Translations under genes and position numbers: made by a program
Source: the human T2T-CHM13v2.0 reference genome, Homo sapiens
Assembly: GCF_009914755.1 (NCBI RefSeq)
Contig: NC_060929.1
Direction: 5' to 3' (one strand)
Length of the DNA: 64,000 bases
The notes under the pieces: generated by a model
Databases searched by the model: none
Told to the model about the DNA's origin: nothing
What the model saw: the letters and a program-made list of their open reading frames with translations, nothing else
In this document: positions 28,974-38,129 of the stretch, one piece after another
How the letters are laid out: the number at the start of each line of letters is the position of its first letter
Position numbering within the stretch: the first letter of the stretch is position 1

Positions 28974-30157
28974 CTTGAATAGCCATTAGAAAAAACTGTT
29001 CGACCAGGGAAGTTCAGAGTCCCCAGAGAAGTCAAGTTGTCATCTCCAGATCCTTGGCACCTATTCCAATTTTCGGAACCAACGGGAATTGGTGGAATGA
29101 CATTAAAAATAGGCTTCTGATCCTGCTGTTGAGAAAGGGATGCTGTATTCATGTCATAGTGGTACATCTGTCCTCCAGAGGTACTCACACCATGAACAGA
29201 AATGGCAGACATTTTATTACCAATTATATTTGCTCCAGGAAAGCTTGCCTGACAGTAAACTGTGCCCAGTTTCTCTTGCTTAATTACCCCAGGGGTGCAG
29301 AGTTCGATGAAATCTTCTTTTTCTGTTTTCACTTGGGGCAGTGTTACATTACTGGGGCTTGACAAAACCAGATCTCCATTATCCTTAATTTTGGGTTTAG
29401 TGTCCGGTAAAATGAGAGGCTTGCAGTCCTCATTCGAGTTTCCTTCCAAAAGGAATGAATCGTCTTCTCCCGCCAGAGGAGAAAGCAAACAGTTTTCATC
29501 TATCAACAGGTCTGATCTCCAAGGACTCTCATTCGTCTCTTTACCTGGGGACCCAGAAGAAAACTCCAAATCCTGCAAAATGTCAAAGGTGCTTTGGTCT
29601 GTGGTATACAATTTCACATTGCCACCGTTGGTGCCAGTCTGGCCCTTCAAATGTTGCTGTTCTGAAGATACATCAGAGTGAGTTTTTGGAAACTCCTTCT
29701 CTGTGGGGGCAGCAGACACAGCAGTGGATGCTGAACTCTTGGGGTTCTCTGGAACACTGGTCGACCTATTGAGGTTTGCAATGCTTTCTTCCAAAAGCTT
29801 TAAGTCTGTTTCCCCCGAGGAAAGGCTGATTTGGCCCTGCTGTGGGAATCCCAGGTCATTTCCCATCACTTTTGTTTCTGTCTCTCCCATATACAGTCCC
29901 ATTGAGAGTGAAACTGCTTTGGACAGATCTGGCTGCTGCGCATTGCTTACTGAGCCTTTTGGAAAATCAACCAAAAGTCTTCGCTGCTTGGAGTCTGATT
30001 GAGAAGCGACAGCCAGTGAGGGTGAAGACGCAGAAACCTTCACAGTAGCTCCTCCTCTTAGGGTTTTATAGAAGTCCATCACATCTCCCCTCTCCTGAGC
30101 AAGCACACTGCTGGGGTTTTCTTCTCTACCAGGAGTTAATGATTCTTTGGAGTCCAT
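28974..30157 (-). CDS. NR3C1: Glucocorticoid receptor, coding part of exon 2 (aa 1-395, N-terminal domain incl. AF-1/tau1); the gene continues beyond the left edge of the window
   Basis: [20 protein letters not shown]...VFSNGYS matches human GR as I recall it. ATG at 30157; donor AAG|GTAAGA at 28974/28973 (1184 coding nt, phase 2). S203/S211/S226 Ser-Pro phosphosites and SUMO motifs VKTE (K277) and IKQE (K293) are present. E22/R23 and N363 are the common alleles. Confidence 0.99.
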
Positions 30158-30170
30158 CAGTGAATATCAA
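28974..30170 (-). other. NR3C1: NR3C1 exon 2 (1197 nt), common acceptor for all first exons; 13 nt of 5'UTR with an in-frame TGA at 30169-30167
   Basis: Polypyrimidine tract and AG (TTTTTGTTTTTTGTTTTGTAG, ending at 30171) followed by TTGATATTCACTGATG. Confidence 0.97.
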
Positions 30171-31919
30171 CTACAAAACAAAAAACAAAAACGGGGGGAA
30201 AACATCATAAGCTCTAAAGTCACATTATCTTCCTGATCCGATTAGTAAGAGGCAGCTTGTTAAATGAACCTTTTAGTTAACTCCGAATCAAATTCTTTGT
30301 TACCAGAAGAGTAGTTTCTATCTTCCAGAATAAAAAGCCATGTCCCCTGCTCCCATTCAGCATGCCACATTTAAAAGTACAATGCAATCCATTTGCACAG
30401 CTGAGGGCAAAAGTGTATCGAACTAAGCTTGGCTATTCATCCTGCCGCTCACTGAACGTGTAGCTTTGTTAATCACAGACATTATAATTCATTACATCTG
30501 ATTATTCTGAAGGTTCAAGTTGATGTCAAAGTATTTAATTTCAAAAAAAGGAAGTGTGATCATTAAAATTCCTACCTCTTTTCAATCACGGCTGTTTGCT
30601 TTTCTGAGAACCAATACATATAACATTTGATAAATACTATGCTAGAATTCTCAATCCCTAATTACTTCCAAATTTCCCTCCTACCAGCTAGTCACACATC
30701 CAAACCTTTGAGTACAACCAACTGGTGAACCATGCACGTTTTCTTTGAAAAATAAACAATGCTGATCTGCTTATCTTCCGACAGGCTGGGAAAAGGCTTT
30801 TTAACCCATACTTCTGACTGGATGTGCCTACCTCCAAATTTTGGATATATGAAATGAGATACACTTTATATAGGCCAACTAAAATTTAGATTTTAAAGAG
30901 CAGAAGAGAAGGTGTAGTAGTTTCTCACTACGTTGTTAGCTTACATAACTTAAATATAGCTGACCCTTATCATAACTCACAAAAACATCTAGATTAAGCT
31001 ACATTTGTTTACATTGCTTGAGATCCTCAATATGAAATGCTATTACATCTCTAAGTTCTTTCCTTTCCAAACAAATATCGAAGTACTGAAAAATGGAAAA
31101 ACACAGAACCGTAAAATCACATTCATATAAATTCAGGTACAACTGTATCCAGTAAAATGTTCAAAATAATTTTCTCTGCCTTCACCTATCCAAACCTTCA
31201 CCTATCCCAATTCTCAGCCTATTCTCAAGAGAGTAAGACTGTTAGTATATCGTTAATCAGGGTGTTTTAAGAGATGGGCTAAGACGGAGAAGCGCATTTG
31301 GGACACTATAGTCAAATCCCGTCCAATAAAAGGTAACTTTTCCTATGCGATGACGTTAGGCAGCATAAATGTCACTGGCCCTCACTGAAAAGTGAATATG
31401 AAGGTAGAGAGAGGGGTGTGGACTTGCCACTACAAATCTTGAGGGTAAACTGCTTATCTCCCCACCTCTCTGCCCCGTTTATCTGAGGCGATAACGATCT
31501 CTAAACACGAGGTATCGAATGGAGCCCAATGAATTTCCATGCCGCTTTTTTGACAGCTGCCTTCAAACCCGAAACCAAAACAATATTTCCTAAAACGAAA
31601 ACGCTCCCTCAAGCGACATTATCCCCCAGTTTAAGTTGCAAATAACCCAGCCACATTAATTGGCCCTAATGAACCATGCCAGAGGGTCTTAAGTGGTATT
31701 ACAAGGTTGCAATTATCAAGTCTGCAACCCCAAACGTCAAACTAGCACTTGTAAAAATCGCAGCACAAAACCATTACGGTTACAGGGGGTCTTTTTCTAA
31801 AAGGGGCCACTTAGAAACCTCAGGCGCGAATTAACAACAAACGCTAAAGAGCAAGCCCTTGCGGGGCGGGGGTGGAGAAGAGAAAAAAGTGCGAGGTTAA
31901 AAGAGAAGTACGTCCAGAC

Positions 31920-32070
31920 CTGTTGAGTTCTCTCTCCGACACGCCCACTTCTAACAGATAACGCCGGCCCCGGCCGCAGTCTCCAAGTTGCGGGCTGTCA
32001 GCCCCCCGCGTGTGCACCCTCACGCGCCCCGCACGCCCTCCTCAAGCCAGGCGCCGCCGGGGCCTCCCCG
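31920..32070 (-). other. NR3C1: Probable alternative non-coding exon 1H (5' end approximate)
   Basis: Donor CAG|GTCTGG at 31920/31919; most downstream position in the island; name from recalled exon order. Confidence 0.6.
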
Positions 32071-32528
32071 GAGCCCGGGCTCGCGCTCGGGCGCGCCGGG
32101 GTGGCGTGCAAATATTCGGGCGAGTAAAATTCAGACGCGGCTTAGCGTTCACCACGAAAACGGGTGTCGGGCGACCCCCTTGGAGGGAAAGGGGACACTA
32201 GGGGGAGAAAAGAGGCCAGGATTCCCGCGAGGAATGAGAGGCTCGAAGCCCCCGGCAGTTCGACAGGGCTCCGCTCGCCGTCCGAGGTCAGGTTCCTCCC
32301 CCTCGGCCCGGCCAGGGGACGCCGGCGGAGGGAGAGGAAGAGGCCAGCGCTGTCACCCGCGCGCTGCCCTTTCGTCACCGTCGCCCGGCCCTTGCCAGCC
32401 CCCCACCCCCACTCCCCGAGGCTAATAAAAGTTTGTAGGCTCCCGCGGCGGCCCCCGAGTTGTCTCCGGTCCCAGCGGCACCTCGGGGGAGCGAGCGCGC
32501 CCCGGCCCCCTCCCGCCTCGCTTCTTAC

Positions 32529-33007
32529 CTCTGGCAGAGGAGCCGCTCGCCCGCCACCGTCCGCAGTTCCCGCCGCAGCCGAGATAAACAACTTAGCTTG
32601 TGAACGCAGAAGGAGCAGGAGGGAAATATATTTTTTTTTTCTAAAAAAAGGAAGTAAACAGCCGCCCCTTTCTCCATGGGTGGGGGGAGAGCCCCTATTT
32701 AAGAAAGTCTCCCATTGCCCAGCTGACAAGCCAGCCCTCCGCCCCGCGCCGGGCTCCGCGGGTCGGGGCTTCCGGGCGCGCGTGCCCCGTCCCGGTCCCA
32801 GCTGCTTCGGCCGCTCCGGCTGCGGCGTCTCCTTCCACCCACAGAATCCGTCCCCGACGGGCAGGCGGTGACTCGGGCTCCCGTCACAGACACGAGCTCG
32901 CAAAATGGAGGAGGCGGCGGCGGAGGGAAGAGAGCGCGGACACGCGAAAGGGCAGCCCGGCCTGGGCGAGCGAGCGGGACCGAGCGGGGAGCGGGTGGAG
33001 GCGGCGC
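32529..33007 (-). other. NR3C1: Non-coding exon 1C (major first exon; multiple TSS, 5' end approximate)
   Basis: Donor GAG|GTAAGA at 32529/32528; ...GCGAGCGGCTCCTCTGCCAGAG matches the classic GR cDNA 5'UTR as recalled. Confidence 0.9.
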
Positions 33008-33304
33008 CACGGCGCGCACACACTCGCACACACGCGCTCCCACTCCACCCCCGGCCGCTCCCCGCCCGAGGGGCCGCGCGGCGGCCGCGGGGAACGATGC
33101 AACCTGTTGGTGACGCTTGGCAACTGCAGGGGCGCCCGCGGTCCCTGCCCCCACGCCCTCCGCGCGGGCCCCGCCACCCCGGCCCCGACGGCGCCTGCAC
33201 GCCCGCGTCCCCTGGCGTGGCCGCCCCGCCCGGTGCGCCGCGCTTCGCCCCCCGCCCCCAACTCCCCAGGAAAAAGGGTGGCGGCGGCAGCGGCGGGGGC
33301 CGAC

Positions 33305-33366
33305 CTGGTCTCTCTGGGGCGGCGTTAAGAGGGCCACCGAGTTTCTCCAGTTTCTTTTCTCGCTAC
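33305..33366 (-). other. NR3C1: Non-coding exon 1F (5' end approximate)
   Basis: Donor CAG|GTCGGC at 33305/33304, immediately downstream of the EGR1/NGFI-A site. Confidence 0.75.
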
Positions 33367-33374
33367 CTCCTTCC

Positions 33375-33383
33375 CGCCCCCGC
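33375..33383 (-). promoter_or_regulatory. EGR1/NGFI-A site (GCGGGGGCG) of the exon 1F promoter, a much-studied methylation target
   Basis: cgcccccgc on the plus strand is a perfect EGR1 consensus on the minus strand. Confidence 0.85.
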
Positions 33384-33694
33384 CCAGCTCCGCGGCTCCA
33401 GACCCACTCGGGAGCTCGCTCTGCCCCTTGGCGGCAAGCGCCGCCAGTGCCCCTGCGGGTGACAGCGGGCGGGCCACAAGAGCCGGGGCGCCTCCCGCGG
33501 CTGAGCTGCGTGAGTGGCCCGCGCCGCCGCCGCCGGGCCGAGTTGCGTGAAGTGTGTCACTTCGAAAGGGGCTACGGGGTTGCACGGAAACGGTGCCGCA
33601 GCGTCTCGGCCGCGCTCGGGGCCGGGCGGCCTGACACGCCCTCTGGGGAGGCTTCAGGGAAGGGACGGGATAGCGGGGGTCGGCGCATACGTAC

Positions 33695-33800
33695 TTTGGG
33701 CCCGGGGGGAGTCGCGTGCCGGCAGGTCCCCCACCACCGCATCATCTGGGCGGCCGGGTCTTCAGCTGCCGCCGCCGCGCTCTCGCACTGGGAGAGAAGT
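33695..33800 (-). other. NR3C1: Non-coding exon 1B (5' end approximate)
   Basis: Donor AAA|GTACGT at 33695/33694; recalled junction GGGCCCAAA-TTGATATTC. Confidence 0.8.
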
Positions 33801-34108
33801 TGCAAAGCAGAACCCACCCTCCCCCGCGCCCCGACCGTCCCCCACCCTCTTCCCCGAGTCTGCGAGGCGGCGGCGGCGGCAGAAGGAGGCGCCGCCTGCC
33901 AAGTTCAACCCCCACCCCTCCCGCCCAATGTGCTCACACTCGAAGGAAGTTGCACGCCAAATGCAAAACCTCCAGCGAGCTGGATTTCTTTGCACTTTTT
34001 TTTTATTATTATGATTAAGGAAAGCAGGGGGCGGCAGGCTTAAAAGCAAGTTGCAGGCGAAATAGTAAGTTGCTGGCGAAATATAGCCCCCCTTCCGAAA
34101 CTCCTGAC

Positions 34109-34155
34109 CTCTTCTTCCACCCCGGCCAGGGCCCGCGTCCAAGTTCCCGGTGCAG
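34109..34155 (-). other. NR3C1: Probable non-coding exon 1E (5' end approximate)
   Basis: Donor GAG|GTCAGG at 34109/34108; position consistent with exon order. Confidence 0.6.
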
Positions 34156-34208
34156 GCCCCACCCCCGAATCTTGACATTTGCTGCCCTCGACTCTGTGCG
34201 TTGCTCAC

Positions 34209-34290
34209 CCTATCACGTTCATAGGACCCCTGCCCCTACAAATAAAACAAAATACAGGCAGCTTTAAAATGCCAGCGTTCAACTCCCTAC
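34209..34290 (-). other. NR3C1: Probable non-coding exon 1J (5' end approximate)
   Basis: Strong donor AGG|GTGAGC at 34209/34208 between 1D and 1E; assignment by order only. Confidence 0.45.
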
Positions 34291-34468
34291 AGATGTTCCT
34301 GTTAGGAGCTTCCCCCTCAGTCCAAGGGGAAGGGAACTCGTGGTCCGTCCTGAGAAAGGAGAGGGCCGTGGGGCGAGGGGTGCCCGTGCGGGAAGCCCCC
34401 GCCCCAGCTCCCTTCCCCAGCTCGCCGCGTCGGGAAGGCTTGGACGATGCCGGGACCGAGCCTCCTAC

Positions 34469-34616
34469 CTTGTGCGGCACAGATTATGATTTTTGTGACT
34501 CTGGGAAAGGTTGTGCTGTGTGGGTTTAGGGTTTGGGGAGGTAACTTTTGCGCCCCCACAGGTGACATCGCTTGCCAGCTCCTGACACGGGCGGGGGCTG
34601 CCGCAGCTCCACCTAA
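34469..34616 (-). other. NR3C1: Non-coding exon 1D (5' end approximate)
   Basis: Donor AAG|GTAGGA at 34469/34468; recalled 3' end ...CATAATCTGTGCCGCACAAG. Confidence 0.75.
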
Positions 34617-34736
34617 TCCTGCTCGGGCGCTCGGCCACAGCCACTCTCTCACCTCCCGCCGCGCTCAGACTGACGGCGGCTCCCCCTGCTCTGACATCTT
34701 GAAGACGATTGGGGAAGCGCGTCCCGGAAGCCGCCC

Positions 34737-34965
34737 GCCGCCATCTTGGTAGGGTACAGTGTCGCCAGCCCGTCCCCGCGGCCACCATCTTGGCAAAGGT
34801 TCGCGATCGCGGGTAGCCTAAGCCGTCCTTCCTTGGTTCTCAAGGGTAAACGGTTCCCTGTGCATTGTCTGATGTGAAAGGAAAGAAGTAGGCTTTCAGC
34901 AAGCCTCTTGTCCGGAGACGATCTACGGGGGCCGCCTCCAGAGGATTCTGGAGCCGCCATCTTGG
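34737..34965 (-). promoter_or_regulatory. Three YY1 motifs (CAAGATGGC/TG) upstream of exon 1D
   Basis: gccgccatcttgg at ~34737 and ~34953, and gccaccatcttgg at ~34781. Confidence 0.8.
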
Positions 34966-35407
34966 CAAAGGAAGAGATACTCGCCACCTCGGAAAAGAAG
35001 AGGGAACCAACCGTATGCCAACGTAGAACCCTCAGCCAGAAGAATTTTTATGAAGGGCGCTGAGCAACTCCATGTTAACAAAACCCCCTTCTGGACCCAG
35101 AAGGCAGACTCCGCTTCTCCTGTCCCTTGGCACAAGTCAACTAGAAGGAGGCCCTTGCTTTGGATGCTCATCTGTGAGGCTATGAGAACACTGCTTGACC
35201 TAGTTGCCCGTTTTTCCAATTTCTGAGCCTCAAGCACTAGAATGAGATGTCTTTCGTTAATTTGGCCCCTAAACTACCAACAGTTTCATGGGAAACAAAT
35301 CAAGACCCAACCCTACAATAATGTTTTACACGTTTTAAAAGTGAGTTAAATAGCCCATGCTAATAATTATCCTTGTACACTGCTTAAAATGATTAAGAAT
35401 TCTATTT

Positions 35408-35470
35408 ATATATACATGTATGTATACATATGTATACACATATATATTATATACATATATATGTATATAA
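35408..35470. repeat. (TA/CA/TG)n low-complexity microsatellite
   Basis: Mostly alternating purine-pyrimidine tract. Confidence 0.85.
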
Positions 35471-36739
35471 TTAAGGGGACAATACAGTTGTCTAATAGAA
35501 CACATCTCCCCATGCCATTAGCCTGTCTCACTGCTGAATCTCTGCTCTAAGAATCCACCTCATCGCTCATACATGCTCAAATCCTTAGTGGTAGGTACTC
35601 TGCTTAAATAATTTATGATTTCACAAGAGTTCCCAATTATTCTCCCTTCATTTTTTTTTCTCTGCAGATCTTAATGGGGAAGAATACGTAGTTTTAAATA
35701 TGCCATTGAAAACGTTTTTAATTGAGCAAAAAAAAAAAAAAACTTATCCTAATTTCTCTCTTCAGCAATCTAAATGTGCCTGTTAATTTTTTAATTTGAT
35801 AGCAAAAAAATTCTCATTCTTTAGTCTTTCACATTCATTTGGAAGCATGCATGAACTATAAGTTAACCCCTCTTTTTCAGAGTAATACAAATAGTTATGA
35901 TTTGTGGCTAACATTTATTGATCCCCACTCTTCTGCTGCCCACTTTTGCTGACAACAATTAAATGAGATAGGTATTGTTATTCGATTTTTCAATATGAGG
36001 ACAACAGGCTTACAGAGGTTGATGCTTGTCTAAGTTCACATGGCTCCTATGCATTAAGAGAGGAATTAGACAATATTAAAGTGGTTTTCCTCACTGATCT
36101 CAATCATTAACATGAAGTAGTATATCAATTCTGATAGACTACTTACAATATGTGCTTACGGAATTTAATTGAAGAGATGAACTCCAGTGTGCCAGAAAGG
36201 ACGTGAGATTTAGCATTATAATAATAACACAATTCTAACGAAAGTCAACATTTATTGCGCATCTGCTGTCTGACAGACACTATTGAAAGTGTTTTATGCA
36301 CAGTATCCTAAGTCTTTAGGTATGGCATTTACTAATCTGTAACCCTGGGAACTTATAATTACTACAAGAAATAGGATGAATCCCTATCTGAGTGGGAAGG
36401 TATTTGATTGTCTTAGAAGCAGAGGTGGAAATGAAGGTGATGTATTCAGACTCAGTCAAGGCAAGGACCTGATCTATCTTGTCATAGCTTTATGTCCCAC
36501 TCCTGGAACACAGCCCACTACATAGCAGGCACCCAACAAATACATTACAGGGTTATAATAACATTGAGTCAACTAGTTAACTAGATGTAAAATCACTTTT
36601 ACTGGGTTATTGTTGTGGCCAAATGGGTTAATAAAAAGTGTACAGATAACCCTCAAGATCCTCATTTTTATTGTTTTGTGTTTAAACATCTGAGTGCTCC
36701 CCCCACTTTTTTTTAAAATAAACTAGATTAGATTCTTGA

Positions 36740-36940
36740 TTGTATGTTCTTATAGTATTCTGCATACTTTGTTAGCACATTACAATGATAGTTCATTATT
36801 TGTGCCCTCATTTGTTATTTCTCTGTATCACCCACCAGAACATAAGTTCTGCAAAGGCAGGGACTGTGTCTGTTTGTTCACCCCTGTATCACTAGTGCAT
36901 AGTTGGTGCTCAGTGGGTGTTGGTTAAATGAATGAATGAA
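36740..36940 (+). mobile_element. L2 3' end
   Basis: ggcagggactgtgtctgtttgttcacc...aatgaatgaatgaa tail. Confidence 0.75.
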
Positions 36941-37504
36941 GATAATATATGGTCTTAGAGACTATGTCCTAAGGCCAATAAAACCTTAAGCCTGACTAAT
37001 AACCAAACCACTTGATACATTGATTTCAGAAACTGATATATTACCCAAGTGAGTTCTCCCATTCTCTTCATGTTTTGTCATCTCCATTCCCACTAAAATA
37101 ATCCAAGCTGTACTGCCAGATTACCCCTCCAAAACATCAACTAAATCAGGCTGTGCTCCTTCTCAAGTATATACAATAACTCTTGATTCTAGTGCTACAC
37201 AGATCCCAACTCCCAGTATGGTATTTAAGATCATCACCTTTACCTACCCCTTTGTAGAAAGTGAAGCCTTCTAGTGGATGTGATTGAACTGGAGTTTAAT
37301 TTAAAAATTAGTTAAAAGAAGGAAATAATTTTAAGAAAGATAACTTGCAAACTTTAAACTTTTGAAACTTTTGAAACCTAAAACCTGTGATTGAACATTT
37401 ATTTTCTAATCTTTTGATGAAGGTCTAAAGCTTTTATGAGCCCACTGACTGGAGTTCCATGTCTTCTTTAGTGTGTGTATAAACTATACCTGTAATGCAT
37501 TGAT

Positions 37505-37730
37505 ATAGTGTAGCAGTTAAAAGCCAGACTATAAAGGCCAAATACAGTCTCCACCACTAAAAGGAATGTAACCTTGGGCAGGCTAACTCTCTGTGCCTTT
37601 TTCCATCATCTGTAAAATGGGGATAATAATAGTACTGATTTATAAAGATTAAACCAGTTTGATATATGTGAAGTGCTTAGACGAATTCCTGGGTCATAGG
37701 AAGTATTTGCTCATCATTAGCAATTATTAT
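37505..37730 (+). mobile_element. MIR
   Basis: catctgtaaaatggggataataatagtac core. Confidence 0.8.
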
Positions 37731-37794
37731 TCATCTGTAGAATTACTATTTTCCCCCTTTTTTTTAAACAAAGTAGAACAAGAAATTAAAGATA

Positions 37795-38129
37795 CACATT
37801 CAGTATCCATGACCTGAAATGCTTAATACTGAAAGTGTTTTAGATTTTGGATTTTTTTTTTTCTGATTTTGGAATATTTGCATTATAATGAGATATCTCG
37901 GCCATGGGACCCAAGTCTAAATAGGAAATTCATTTTTTGTTTCATATACACCTTATAGCCTGAAGATAATTTTATACAATATTTAAAATAATTTGGGGCA
38001 TGAAGCAAAGTTTGTGGTAAGTACTTCCATGTAGGATTTTTCATTTGTGGTATCATAACAATGCTCAAAAAGTTTTGGATTTTGGAGCACTTCAAAATTC
38101 AGATTTTCAAGTTAGGGATGTTCAATGTG
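37795..38129 (+). mobile_element. Tigger4b/MER46-type DNA transposon
   Basis: gatttt repeats, atgggacccaagtctaaa, TA target dinucleotides at both ends. Confidence 0.8.

Larger units (their letters stand above)
31820..35020. promoter_or_regulatory. NR3C1: CpG island / proximal multi-promoter of NR3C1
   Basis: Abrupt shift to very high GC and CpG density with many GC boxes, 1.7-4.9 kb upstream of the exon 2 acceptor. Confidence 0.97.

Noticed and set aside
29054-30048. Plus-strand ORFs antisense to exon 2
   Set aside because: Shadow ORFs of the real coding exon
33507-33515. Plus-strand donor-like TGC|GTGAGT suggesting an antisense lncRNA
   Set aside because: Single motif with no supporting exon structure visible; cannot be supported from sequence alone
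31988-35237. Many long overlapping ORFs (up to 352 aa) on both strands in the CpG island
   Set aside because: Arg/Gly/Pro/Ala-rich, expected from stop-codon scarcity in GC-rich DNA; no recognisable domains
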